This document shows, piece after piece, positions 1 through 11,419 of a stretch of 64,000 nt of DNA. The stretch lies in assembly GCA_032718475.1 (NCBI GenBank), contig JAUCBJ010000606.1, positions 50,944 to 114,943 of the forward strand. The letters are read 5' to 3'. Under the pieces are notes generated by a model, which had not been told where the DNA came from, searched no databases, and was given only the letters and a program-made list of their open reading frames with translations. The stretch's first letter is position 1. Every line of letters begins with the position of its first letter. The stretch comes from Nemertoderma westbladi (taxonomy: Eukaryota; Animalia; Xenacoelomorpha). The position numbers were made by a program, and so were the translations under genes.

Positions 1-10
1 CCCACCAAAT

Positions 11-299
11 ATGACTCCCCAGTCTTTTCAGCCTAGGCTGAGAACACCCCCAGTTTTCTTCCTAGATTTCTTAATTAACGGAAAGGAGCAGGTTACAGTG
101 GCAGGCTTTTCTAACCAAAACAATAAACGATAACTCATTAACATAGGTAACAGTTCAATTTTTGCAATATACGGAAATAGCACAGGTACTGTACGGATAT
201 GAATTATAACTCCATTAGGGGAGTCATATCAGCCTAAGGGGAGTCATAACTGGGGGTGGGGAGTGTTCTCAGCCTAGGCTGAGACGATTGGGGAGTCAT
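11..299. mobile_element. Fold-back/MITE-like element (probably truncated by the window edge)
   Basis: ATGACTCCCCAGTCTTTTCAGCCTAGGCTGAGAACAC near 11-47 is an imperfect inverted repeat of GTGTTCTCAGCCTAGGCTGAGACGATTGGGGAGTCAT near 263-299; extra GGGGAGTCAT subrepeats. Confidence 0.55.
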
Positions 300-340
300 T
301 TCAAGAGGGAGTTACAGTATCTCAGCCTTGTAAACCAGCA

Positions 341-568
341 CTATTGACTGCTATTAGACCGAAGTTTAAATTGGTAGTTCGTTTGGTCCAATATATTTGA
401 CCGAGTCCTACGTTCGAAATTAAATGTGTGCAATCCAATCTGATCAAGGATTGTTTTTATAGCTTTGGAGACTGTTGGTACAAATCGTATAACACAATAA
501 GTATCGTCAGTAGGTTTGGGAGCTACTGTTGGAGCTGGAGGAGGGTTGGAGACTATTCTCGACCACAT
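341..568 (-). pseudogene. Possible Penelope-like retroelement fragment (RT C-terminal linker)
   Basis: YCVIRFVPTVSKAIKTILDQIGLHTFNF resembles the 'LPY...s..i..il...gi' linker that follows Penelope RT; short and degenerate. Confidence 0.3.
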
Positions 569-569
569 C

Positions 570-2372
570 TCGCGGGTAGTTGTTTATATTAACAGTATAC
601 AGTATCGCGGGTAGTTGTTTATATTAACAGTATACAGTATCGCGGGTAGTTGTTTATATTAACAGTATACAGTATCGCGGGTAGTTGTTTATATTAACAG
701 TATACAATATCGCGGGTAGTTGTTTATATTAACAGTTACAGTATCGCGGGTAGTTGTTTATATTAACAGTATATACAGTATCGCGGGTAGTTGTTTATAT
801 TAACAGTATACAGTATCGCGGGTAGTTGTTTATATTAACAGTATGATGGGTAGTTGTTTATATTAACAGTATACAGTATCGCAGGTAGTTGTTTATATTA
901 ACAGTATACAGTATCGCGGGTAGTTGTTTATATTAACAGTATACAGTATCGCGGGTAGTTGTTTATATTAACAGTATACAGTATCGCGGGTAGTTGTTTA
1001 TATTACCAGTATACAGTATCGCGGGTGGATCTAGGACACTTCCCCCCCGGACACTTCCCCCCCGGACACTTCCCCTCCGCCCAAGTAGGACACTTCCCCC
1101 CCGGACACTTCCCCTCCCCCCCGGACACTTGCCCCCCGGACACTTCCCCCCCAGTTAAAGTGTTAAAATTAATCTGGGTGCATCAAAGCAATAAACAAAA
1201 GTTAAAGATGGTTACAGGACAAGTTGTATCTAGACAAGTTTTTTCAAAATTATAAAAGAAACATTTTTATAGTCAAATTTTGTTTGTTTTTCTTTTAATT
1301 CCTTTAATTCTTTTAATTTCTTTTAAAAGGGGGCTGCCGCCCCCAAACCCCCGCTTCTTTTGTTGGGGGCTACAGCCCCCAAACCCCCCCTTCTTTTCTT
1401 GGGGGCTGCCGCCCCCAAACCCCCGCTTCTTTTCTTGGAGGTCATCGCCCCCAGACCCCGGCATTTCCCTGAGTGCCCGTGGTGAAAGACTTAAGACCAT
1501 TTTGAACTTATTAATTCATGTTTGTATCATCAGATAATAAATTGACTAAGCCTAAAGTAGGAGCTGTATTGAATGTTAACCAATTTAATATATAAATTAC
1601 TACAATATTATATAATTCAACAAAATCCTATTAAAAATATTGCAAGTAACCAGGAAATTTGATATGTTGTGTGTATAATATCTATATAGTATGTATAGTA
1701 GTAATATGTATATCAATATGTAATGCTGAACACAGAATACAGGTCGACTCATGTCGATTTTACCCTGGAGAGGTATAATTTTGATTGCATCAATAATATT
1801 CATCCCCATCTGCAACAATTTGAAGAAGACTATTACATAAAAATACCTATAATTAAAACAATTAATTATTATAATTCTATAGTTAATAAAAACAGTATAG
1901 TATATCTTTCGGGGGATGGAATTTATAGGTCATCTACTATAATTAATTGTTTAAAGATTAGCAAACAATACGATGTAATTGCATTGATAAATCCCATCAA
2001 TAAAACTTGGATATAAAATGTAAAATCGGGATGCAAAAGATCACTTTCTGAGCTACCAAAGGAAAATTGGATACAACTTATCTGGATACAAGCGGTCCGT
2101 TTACCTTACAAAATGAAAAATACGAATGTGCGAAGTTAAGAACAGTCGGGGGGGGGGAGTGTCCGCGGGGGGGAAGTGTCTGGGGGGAAGTGTCCGGGGG
2201 GGAAGTGTCTGGGGGGAAGTGTCCGGGGGGGAAGTGTCCTACTTGAGCGGGGGGGAACTGTCCGGGGGAGAAGTGTCCGGGGGGGAAGTGTCCGAACACC
2301 ATCGCGGGTAGTTGTTTATATTAACAGTATATACAGTATCGCGGGTTGTTGTTTATATTAACAGTATACAGT
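570..2372 (+). repeat. 35-bp minisatellite (ATCGCGGGTAGTTGTTTATATTAACAGTATACAGT)n, interrupted by a MITE at 1024-2300
   Basis: About 13 head-to-tail units at 570-1023 and 2 more at 2301-2372; no spacers. Confidence 0.95.
1024..2300. mobile_element. Non-autonomous TIR DNA transposon with 15-bp subterminal repeats
   Basis: Ends GGTG...CACC; GGACACTTCCCCCCC arrays at the left end mirrored by GGGGGGAAGTGTCC arrays at the right; 6-bp duplication ATCGCG at 1018-1023 and 2301-2306; internal ~39-bp GGGGGCTGCCGCCCCCAAACCCCC hairpin repeats at 1328-1460. Confidence 0.85.
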
Positions 2373-2450
2373 TTCAGTGAGATATTGTATTTCAGCTTCA
2401 TACTTCGGCTCAGAAATATTGCAAAAAACATATTTTTATAATTTTAACCA

Positions 2451-2556
2451 TCCTATTGTCCGGCCTATTGTTTCGCCTATTGTCCCGCCTATTGTCCCGC
2501 CTATTGCCCCGCATGTTGTCCTGCCTATTAATTGTCCCGCCCTTTGTCCCGCCCCC
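2451..2556 (+). repeat. 12-bp tandem repeat (CCTATTGTCCCG)n
   Basis: About 8 degenerate units. Confidence 0.8.
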
Positions 2557-2615
2557 GTAATATTGGATGTCAACTCAGTGGAAAGACAGCTTAACAATAA
2601 TTATACTTTATACAG

Positions 2616-4843
2616 GAGATGATGGCGGCACAATTACAGTAATTGATACGTTCAGTAAAGATCAAACTGAAACAAAGAAAAGTATCAAACAGGTGGAAAG
2701 TATATTGGAGAAAACTGAAGAATTAAAGGAAATTGTTGAGTATATTGGATGGGTTGGTCCCATAAATAAACCACTTCAAGGTAAGATAACTGATATAATT
2801 ATATCTACTGTTGATGTTCTTTCAGATAAAGAGAAAGAACTTTACTTTAGACTGGATGCAGATATTTCTGAGTTAACAACGCAGAATCTGGTTAGTATTT
2901 GGGGTTTAGATGAAGTTTCAACAATAGAAATCGTTAAAAAATTGAGAGACTTGGGACTTCTGTCTACAAGTGAATTAAATTCACTGAAAGTTCCAAAACT
3001 TTTCATTAATTATATAAAAGAACAAAAACGGCTGCCAATTGAGATACTGGCGAGAGGCCCAGAAGCATTGGCTGCTTATAAAGCAGCTCTTTCTAAAGGG
3101 ACTACATGGATACTGAAAACCCGGTTAATGTTAGTGGGACAAGAGAGGGCTGGTAAAACAAGTTTGAAGAAGGCCCTTATTGGTCAACCGTGTGATATTA
3201 ATGAACAAATAACAGATGGTATTGACTCATCTGCTAACTGTATTATAAATACCAAACAAAACACAGATTGGACCAACTTACGAGATAAAGATAAAGAAAA
3301 CTTGGAGAAAGATGTCAATGACTTTGTTACTAAACAAATAGCACAAACTGTTCTAGAAAGTAAACAAGTTGCAGATAATAAAAGGGATGATTCTGGAACT
3401 TCTGGAAAGGTTGTTGGAAGTGCGACTCCCATAGTTTCAACCTCTTCATCAGCAGCTAATGCTAAACCTACAGAGATTCCTATTACAGTTGCAAGTGGAA
3501 GTGCTGATAAAGTTCCAACCATTAGTTTGTGGAGGAGGTTAGTTTCCAAAATTACACGCAATAAAGAACAGATCAGTAATGAATGTGAAGTCAGGGTCAC
3601 AGAGGGAAGCATTGGTAGACATAGAGAAGGTACAGGATATATTCAACCCAAACATGATTCTTCTGAAACACAAATCCCTCCAAACATATCTAAAGGAGTA
3701 GAAGATATACTCACATCTGGTAAACCTCAAGATATTCTGGCTAAATTTAATGAGGAAGACAGTCGCTTTTCTCTACAGATAGTCGATTTTGGAGGCCAAT
3801 GTATTTATTATACAACCCATCAGATATTTTTGAGTAGACGTGCTATTTACATAATTGTATTTGATTTGACACAAGATCTCGACAAAACAGCTGATGTTAT
3901 TGTTAGAGCTGATGACACCAACATAAAAGTTTATGGCGAGATGACCAATATTGAATTTATAGATTTTTGGTTAAGGAGTATTTACTCATTTGGTGCGAAT
4001 TTTGATGAAAAAACATCAAATGTTGTCGGCCCACCAGTATTTATAGTCGGAACTCATAAAGGTAGTTTAGATGCTGATTCTAGAACTCAATCAACTTTAG
4101 CAACTAATGTTTTTAAATCCATTAACAACTATATAGATAAAACTCACCTTACAAGTAATTTAGTAAAGGAATTTTATGCATTGGAAAATAATAAAGAAAT
4201 TGTGAGTGATAGCGCTGAAGAACTGGAGAATTTGCAGCAAGATATTGCCAAGGAAATGATTAGGTTCAAAGAGGAAATACCTCTACAATATTTAAAATTT
4301 GAATAACTTGTGTCTCAATTAATAAACGATGGCAAAGTTTATATTAACATTGACGAATTAAAAGTAAAGTTAAATGCTATTGATGTAGAAATGAATGACA
4401 TTGGTTTGAAAACAATGTTAGAATTTTACCACGATATGGGTACAATAATTTACTTTGATGATGAATCTCTAAGAGACACTGTTATAATGAGCCCAGAATG
4501 GTTGAGTGGAATGTTTACCAAAATAATAACTGTAAAAGACAAAATAAAGAAACAACATTTTACTTTCTGGAAGGATCTGGACGACAATGGTATATTACAT
4601 GAAGAACTCCTTGATTATCTGTGGGAAGGCGTTCTTGATAAAAAACAATTTATGTTGAATATTCTAGAACGTTTTGATTTACTGTGTGAAAGAGTTTTGC
4701 CTCAGATTAAAGGAACTTTAAACCAAAATATAAAGCGATCCTATTATGTTCCGTGCAGACTGAAACCAGTAAAAATAAATCCGTTTGTACCAAAATATTC
4801 CAGCTTGGAATTTTATATAATATTCGATAGTTTCTTACCAGAA

Positions 4844-4846
<3 letters not shown>
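2616..4846 (+). pseudogene. ROCO-family gene, 5' part: winged-helix-like region, Roc GTPase and start of COR; in-frame TAA at 4304-4306
   Basis: P-loop GQERAGKTS, switch I TDGID, DFGGQ..YYTTHQIFLSRRAIYIIVFDL, G4 VGTHK; COR motifs EIPLQYLKFE, LEFYHDMGTIIYF, SPEWL, YYVPCRL, FLPE. ORF 4310 continues in the same frame after the stop. Likely splice acceptor TTTATACAG at 2607-2615, so upstream exons probably lie elsewhere. Confidence 0.9.
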
Positions 4847-4882
<36 letters not shown>

Positions 4883-5173
4883 ATAATAAGGCACGGTTTA
4901 GCGGCCCGCCCAAGCCTTTAATATTCGTTGTATAATGTTTAGTGAATAATTATAACATGCAATTAATATAAAAAAAAAAAAAAACTACACCCCCCCCCCC
5001 CCCTGGTACCAACGTGCTAGTTAAGGTGCCGGAAGCAAGCTTATTTGGCACTTAAAAAGCTTATAAAATAATAAAGTTATGTCTCATTGGTATTTTGGTA
5101 TTACACTGTTCGGCAGTCTTTGTTTATTCCTTATTGAACAATATCTATGCTTATGTACAGTAGATACTGTATT

Positions 5174-8100
5174 TTATTTGTTTACCTTGTGTTGGGAAGT
5201 CAGTAATCCTTTTTTGAGATTATTTTTGAATTGATTTAATGTAGGAGATCTGCGTATTTCAGGGAGAAGGTCATTCCAGTATAGTGGGCCTTGGTAAGTT
5301 ACTGCAGTTTGAGTTAATGATTTGCGATATAGAGGAAGATGAATATTGTACATTGTACGAGTGTTGTAATTGTGAAACTGTCGATTTACTATTAAAATAG
5401 ATTTTAAATTTTCTGGAAGATCTAGTTTTCCATTAATAGATTTGTACATGAAAAGTAAACATTGATATTTATATATATTAGATAGTGTTAATTCGTTCTG
5501 GGTTTTCATGAGTTCCTCTGTATGGTATTGTGAATGTTTTAAGTGTATGTAGCGAATTGCCCTTTTTTGTAAAATAAGTAATGAATTTGTAGCTGTACTA
5601 TTTGAACTGGCACCATTGCCCCATACCGTAAGTGCGAATGTGAGATATGGGCGGATCAGTGTGTGGTATAATGTCAGGCGAATTTTGTACGGGATGAAAT
5701 GTTTAAGTTTACCAAGAATTCCCACATTTTTAGCTATTTTTAGTCGTATGTATTGAATATGCTTGTTCCATTTTAAATCACTACTTATAATAATTCCAAG
5801 AAATTTCATTTCATTTACTTTTTCGATTAAGTTTCCGTTAATCAAAATGTGTTTGTTTGCCCAGCTGTATTGTTTAGTAGAAAATATTATAAACTTAGTT
5901 TTATCTAAATTTAGGGATAGTTTATTTGTTGCAAGCCATTTATATATATTAAGTAATTCGCTGTTAAGTTGATCTATGAGTATATTTAAGTCAGATCCTG
6001 AGTGGAAAATATTCGTGTCATCGGCAAAAAGAACAAAATTTAGAATGGATGAACATTCTGTAATATCATTAATATAAATCAGAAATAGTACCGGTCCAAG
6101 AATAGACCCTTGTGGAACGCCACAAGTTATTGTACTAGAATTTGATAGGGTCGATTTAAATAGCACTTTTTGCCGACGATCTGTTAGGTAGCTCCTGAAC
6201 CAATCCAAAGGCGTCCCACGAATACCGTAGTGTTCGAGTTTTTGAATTAATATTTTATGGTTGACAGTATCAAACGCCTTAGAGAGGTCCAGGAACAGAC
6301 CCACAGTGATATTATTATTCTCGTTTTCAGTCAAAAGGTCATGTAACAGAGATGAAAGCGCAGTTTCAGTTGATTTTTTAGTTTGGAAGCCAAACTGTTT
6401 TGAGGTTAATATTTTTTCTCTTTTAATAAATTCGAGGAGTTGTATGCTTACAATTTTTTCAAGGATTTTTGAGAAATATGGTAGTACGCTAATTGGACGA
6501 TAGTTTGTTATTATATTTTTATTACCCCTTTTAAATACTGGTACAACTTTAGCGCATTTTAATTGGTCTGGCACAACACCTGTGAGTAAAGATAAATTAA
6601 TTATGTGCGTTAAGGGAGTTGCAATTTTTGGAAGTGCTGACCGTGCTAATACTGGATCAACGCCATCAAGCCCGATTGACTTTTTATTATTCAAAGACAT
6701 TGCACATTTCAGTAAATCATTTTCAGAAATGGTATCCAAAAACATTGAATTTAGGGTTGGGTTTTTCAGGAATGTGGCCACGGGTCTATCTGTAGTTGGA
6801 ATTTTACTTGCAAGTTTTTCTCCGACAGATACATAGTGGTTATTAAATGCATTTGAAATACAATATTCATCTTCCTCCAATTTTGACCTGACTAGGAAAG
6901 TAGATGGATAGCTAGACGACTTGTTCCTATTAGTAAGTACTTTTATAGTATTCCAGGTTTGACTAATATTATATTTAAATTTTTCAAAGAGATGTGAAAA
7001 ATGACGTTTTTTTGAGTTTCGGATTAAAGTTGTTAGTAAATTTTTATATTTCGTGTAAGATGTCTTTGTTTCTTCCGTTTTAGTTTTTATGAATGAGGAA
7101 AATAATTTTTGTTTCCTTTTGATACAAGCATAAATAGAATTTGTTATCCATGGTTTTTCAATGTTTATTAATTTAAATTGTTTAAATGGAAAGTTTAGCA
7201 CAAATAAATTTTGGTATTCTGATATAAACTTGTTGTACGCTTCAGTTGCATCGGTTTCATTCAGGATTGTTTCCCATTCATTATGTTTTGATTTATTGCC
7301 AAGAGCGTTCAAAAATTTATTTATATTAGAATCGGAGGTGTCCCTTTTAGTGTAGAAATTTGGTGGTGGTGGTACGGAATTAAGCGCAATATCACAGATT
7401 GCAAAAATAGGAAGGTGGTCAGATATATCTGCTATAATTATACCTGATTCGCAAATAGTTGAATAATCATTTGTTAGAATGTTGTCTATTGCGGTTGAGG
7501 TCGTGTCTGTTATTCGCGTAGGCTTATTTATTACGGGCAAAAAACAGTGAGATGATATGGTTTCAAAAAATGTATGCGCTATTGGTGATGTGTTTATATG
7601 CAGTATATTTATGTTGAAATCACCCATAAGATAACAAATTTTACCTTCATTGTTGATTTTTGTTAAGGTTGAACTGAGTAATTTGAGAAATTCCTCCAAA
7701 TCTGAGTTAGGCGGGCGATAAATGCAACCAAATATAATATTTTTATTAGACCCTCGTTGCCATTCTATAAATGTAGATTCAAACAGGCCTGAATTGAATA
7801 TATTGAGATCATTTCGCTTAATATAATTAAGCGAATTATGAATATATATACCAGTTCCACCACCATTTTGATTTTTTCTATAATCATATTCAAAGTCGTA
7901 GTTTTTTAAGGCAAAGGAATCATGATTGAGATTATTTTGCCAAGTTTCAGTTATGCCAATAATTCGTGGGGGCTCAGATATGCATTGTAGCATGTATGCG
8001 AGATTATCTAAATTCTTGTTGAGACTACGAATATTGGTGTGCATAAAGGAAAATTTAGAAGAATTATTAAGAAGTGAAAAATCAGAATGGTAGTCGCATT

Positions 8101-8464
8101 TAATATTATGATAAAAATTAGTGTCTGGGTCCAGCTGTCCATCTACTCCATTTCCATCTCTTTCATCTGTGGTGAAAAAGTTCGCTATACTAGAATTTAA
8201 TAGATCTCTATTTATAATGGATGGTAGACGATAGTCATTAATTGATAATAAATATTCTGAATCGTCTTCAATGTTTTGAAAGGGAAAAATATTAACAATA
8301 CAATTTGTACAGATCCATCGTGAATTCGAAAGAAAAAAATCAATATCTTTTTTTATTAAGGAAAAACACTTAACGTGATATTTTGCGTTACATATCCAAC
8401 AGTGTAATACTTTCTTATTGTTAGAATTTATATTTTTAGTACATTTTTGGCATTTCTCGAGCAT
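5174..8464 (-). CDS. LINE ORF2: PHD finger, APE endonuclease, reverse transcriptase
   Basis: N-terminal CQKC...CWIC...H..C...WICTNC; APE motifs NIRSL, ITETW, GGGTGIY, YRPP, GDFN, SDHLPI; RT motifs DLSKAFDTV, GVPQGSILGP, FADD. First ATG at 8464. Confidence 0.95.
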   Translation of the reverse strand: MLEKCQKCTKNINSNNKKVLHCWICNAKYHVKCFSLIKKDIDFFLSNSRWICTNCIVNIFPFQNIEDDSEYLLSINDYRLPSIINRDLLNSSIANFFTTDERDGNGVDGQLDPDTNFYHNIKCDYHSDFSLLNNSSKFSFMHTNIRSLNKNLDNLAYMLQCISEPPRIIGITETWQNNLNHDSFALKNYDFEYDYRKNQNGGGTGIYIHNSLNYIKRNDLNIFNSGLFESTFIEWQRGSNKNIIFGCIYRPPNSDLEEFLKLLSSTLTKINNEGKICYLMGDFNINILHINTSPIAHTFFETISSHCFLPVINKPTRITDTTSTAIDNILTNDYSTICESGIIIADISDHLPIFAICDIALNSVPPPPNFYTKRDTSDSNINKFLNALGNKSKHNEWETILNETDATEAYNKFISEYQNLFVLNFPFKQFKLINIEKPWITNSIYACIKRKQKLFSSFIKTKTEETKTSYTKYKNLLTTLIRNSKKRHFSHLFEKFKYNISQTWNTIKVLTNRNKSSSYPSTFLVRSKLEEDEYCISNAFNNHYVSVGEKLASKIPTTDRPVATFLKNPTLNSMFLDTISENDLLKCAMSLNNKKSIGLDGVDPVLARSALPKIATPLTHIINLSLLTGVVPDQLKCAKVVPVFKRGNKNIITNYRPISVLPYFSKILEKIVSIQLLEFIKREKILTSKQFGFQTKKSTETALSSLLHDLLTENENNNITVGLFLDLSKAFDTVNHKILIQKLEHYGIRGTPLDWFRSYLTDRRQKVLFKSTLSNSSTITCGVPQGSILGPVLFLIYINDITECSSILNFVLFADDTNIFHSGSDLNILIDQLNSELLNIYKWLATNKLSLNLDKTKFIIFSTKQYSWANKHILINGNLIEKVNEMKFLGIIISSDLKWNKHIQYIRLKIAKNVGILGKLKHFIPYKIRLTLYHTLIRPYLTFALTVWGNGASSNSTATNSLLILQKRAIRYIHLKHSQYHTEELMKTQNELTLSNIYKYQCLLFMYKSINGKLDLPENLKSILIVNRQFHNYNTRTMYNIHLPLYRKSLTQTAVTYQGPLYWNDLLPEIRRSPTLNQFKNNLKKGLLTSQHKVNK

Positions 8465-9086
8465 TTGAAGTTGGTACCAGTTTAAAGATGAAAGCAAATC
8501 CCCTCTAAAAAATGTATAGAGGAGGAACAACTACAACTAGAAAAATTTAGGTGTGATTTTTATCTACACTACTGAATATAGGAAGTCATGCAATATAATT
8601 AGGCCTTCCTACTGAGACTAACTAAATAAGAAAGTAAACTACAGATACCTATAAAGAACAGTTTGAATGAGTCAAAGTCCAAACAACAAAAACAAAAAGC
8701 AAAACAAAAGTACTAAAAGCAAGCTCTACAAAATGTTGCAGGGTGACGGCGATTTTGGACAAATAAATTTGCCCAATATATTTAAGTACATGTATATATA
8801 TAATATATATATATGTTGTATGTTTGTTTATGTACTTTATATCCCCAATCAAATGGTTTGTAAAAAAAAAGGGATGGGAATATAGTTAGGGGATTATAGG
8901 TCGGGATGGTGCCACCAGTTTATGAAACATGGCATTAAACTATGAATTCCTGAAAAATTGAAAGAAAGTTTTATACTGAAAAAAGTTAACACAAAACTGA
9001 ATCAAATCCTTATAAATCAACTCAAAACGTGTTTCTCTTCCGGTACGGTACGGTACCGGCATGGTCTATAGCTATACTATAAATGA

Positions 9087-10052
9087 TTACTCAGTAGGAG
9101 CGAAGCCTAGAAACATTGGATCATTTTCTGAACGTGGGGATTCTACAACTGTGGCAGTCTGTCGCTTCTCATTTCTTGATAGACGCTCTTGCCTTGTGAA
9201 CGTTTTCATCAACTTAGTATCTTCAGTAGTAGAAATCTCAAACCGACGATCATTTTTGTCAATTCCAAATATACGTCCGTCTCGTGACCATGCTATCCCA
9301 ATTTCCCTTGACTTCTTTAGGATCGTTTGGCGGTATCTCGTTAGGCACTCTGTTATAAAGAATGGTGAGCCCTTCAAACGGCGAACAGCTGAGAAGATGC
9401 GAGCACGGAAACGGTAGCGGCACAATTTCACAATAATTGGAGGAGTGATTTCTTTCGACATTCTAGGAACAGATGAACCAACTTTGCGAATAGTAGTTGT
9501 AAGTCGATGGCAACGATCTACTTCCCATTCCTCCACAGTAAGGTCCAACTGCTGTAGGAAGAATTGCTGGACAACGGCCCATGTATCATTTTCCGTTTTT
9601 TCCCGTGGTTCATGTGCGACTCCATGGATAATTATACAATTCCTTCGCGAATATTGTTCAATATCATCTTGTCGACGGCTAAGAACATCCTGTTGATTTT
9701 GTAGCGTATTCTTGATTTCATTGATGGATTCCCGTATCTTCTCCAGCTCGTAGTTCACATTTTCCTTTATACTCGAAATCAATGATGCTCTCTGCTTAGC
9801 CGATAACAACGGTGTGACTGGTTCCCCGGCAGTAGATGCTTTCGTGGATAAATTTGCTGGATTTGGTTCATCCGGGGAGCTGGATATACCCTGTGTATAT
9901 TCACCTAGTTTCGATATAATAATCTTCTCAATTCTGTCTTCAAAAGATGTTAAATTTTCCTCTAATCCTAGAATTTGATTCATTTCATTAGAAAACGATT
10001 TACTGAGGTTACCTGTCACTTTTGATTTCTGTTCTCCACTTCGCTTCGGCAT
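9087..10052 (-). CDS. LINE ORF1: coiled coil plus RRM-like nucleic-acid-binding domain
   Basis: EQYSRRNCIIIHGV, DRCHRL, PIIVKL, FITECLT are typical of CR1/L1-type ORF1; lies upstream of ORF2 on the same strand. Confidence 0.9.
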   Translation of the reverse strand: MPKRSGEQKSKVTGNLSKSFSNEMNQILGLEENLTSFEDRIEKIIISKLGEYTQGISSSPDEPNPANLSTKASTAGEPVTPLLSAKQRASLISSIKENVNYELEKIRESINEIKNTLQNQQDVLSRRQDDIEQYSRRNCIIIHGVAHEPREKTENDTWAVVQQFFLQQLDLTVEEWEVDRCHRLTTTIRKVGSSVPRMSKEITPPIIVKLCRYRFRARIFSAVRRLKGSPFFITECLTRYRQTILKKSREIGIAWSRDGRIFGIDKNDRRFEISTTEDTKLMKTFTRQERLSRNEKRQTATVVESPRSENDPMFLGFAPTE

Positions 10053-10351
10053 AATTTTTGTTTGGGTTTCCGGTACCGGTACCGGTATTTTGGTTCCTTG
10101 ATTCAGTTGGTGGTATTCTAAGGCTTATATATTACATCGAGTTTGATTCGCTGCCTACGTTTGCCATGTACATAAGCTGATATTGGATATCAGTTCGTAT
10201 ATTATTTATTATTTGTTATATATTAGCAGCATCATCGCAGTGTTATACTAGATTATGAGCAATGCCCAATAATAGCTGTCAGACCCTCGGAGTTAAGCAG
10301 CTACATACCGGTAGGTATACATAAGTACTATATACTTTCGTTCGCAATTGT

Positions 10352-11419
10352 TTGTACTACCGTTTAATTAAGAGAACTATAGATTTGTCCTACATTGTAG
10401 GAGATGGTCTAATTCAACCTAAACTATACCACAGAGTTGCTCAGATATTTTTAGATTGTAATCATGAAATTATCTTGGAAAGATCTGCTAATTCGTTGCA
10501 TCGGGTCAAAGTTCAGATCATTAGAACTGAAGAGGTTGATACAGAAAGCATTTCAACTGGAAGGAAAGGGAGACCGGATCCACAGCTGGTCAATAAAGTG
10601 AAGTGTTATCTTAATAATTCATTGCAGGAATTCCTTAAACAAATTCGAATAAAAAACATTTCGTTTAGTTTTCAGATAAAATGTCAATGTAATTCAAAAT
10701 GCGAACAGCACAATGAAATTAACTGTAGAGAAGAAATTTGTTTCCATTTTATTAAAATCGATGAAAATATTTCAGATAATAAAGTCAAATGTAAGTTTCA
10801 TAAACATATGGAAAGCAACTTAATAAGAGAAAAATATACAGGTGATTTAAGTTCACATTGGAAGAAAATAGCGTCTAAGGAGAATGAACTTCTAGATAAA
10901 CTAGAAATATTGGAACTTATAATTTTCTTAGAAGCTAAGCGAACTTTGTCTCGGGATGTTTTATCTATAATTAACTCGAAACCAAATGTATTCAGTAAAA
11001 TAAAGACTTTATTGGAGGCAATAAAATGGGGTACAGAAAATAATTACGAAATATTTGTTGAAGGATTAAAGGAAACATATCAAATTCATATAGTAAATAT
11101 TTTAGAGGATAAAACAACAGATGATGATAACAAGTTTCCGTTGATACTAACTAAATATAAGTTTGTTTTAGTTAATAGAATCGAACCAAACTTGGTAATA
11201 AAATTACTTTGTAGGAAACAAGTGTTTAGGGATTCTATAGCTGAATCAATCAATAGTAAAGAATCCACAGTGGCAAAGAATAATGAACTGGTCAACGCGA
11301 TAATTAGAAGGTCATACAACGATTTTATTACATTCTGTCAATGTCTGAGAGACACAAATCAGGGTCAAATAGCTGATATCCTGACTACAGCTGTACATAA
11401 TTTAGATGATTTAGTCTAA
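10352..11419 (+). pseudogene. ROCO-family gene, 3' part: rest of COR plus two tandem CARD-like death-fold domains
   Basis: LYYRLIKR continues FLPES from 4846; PKLYHRVAQIFLD; two ~85-aa helical repeats (about 10860-11105 and 11140-11385) ending FVEGLKETYQIHIVNIL and FCQCLRDTNQGQIADIL, the CARD helix 5-6 pattern. Confidence 0.8.

Larger units (their letters stand above)
4849..10349 (-). mobile_element. Full-length CR1-clade LINE with two ORFs, inserted in the ROCO coding sequence
   Basis: Poly(A) tail seen as a T run at ~4846-4878; ORF1 and ORF2 intact; short junction duplication GTTT (4845-4848 and 10350-10353); removing the element restores the ROCO frame. Confidence 0.92.

Noticed and set aside
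570-1023. CRISPR-like 35-bp repeats
   Set aside because: Units are head-to-tail with no unique spacers, there are no cas genes, and the context is eukaryotic.
959-2361. GHFPP and Gly-rich short ORFs
   Set aside because: Translations of MITE subterminal repeats.
10315-10400. Apparent intron with acceptor CATTGTAG before GDGLIQ
   Set aside because: LYYRLIKR from 10352 directly continues FLPES as expected in COR, so no intron is needed.
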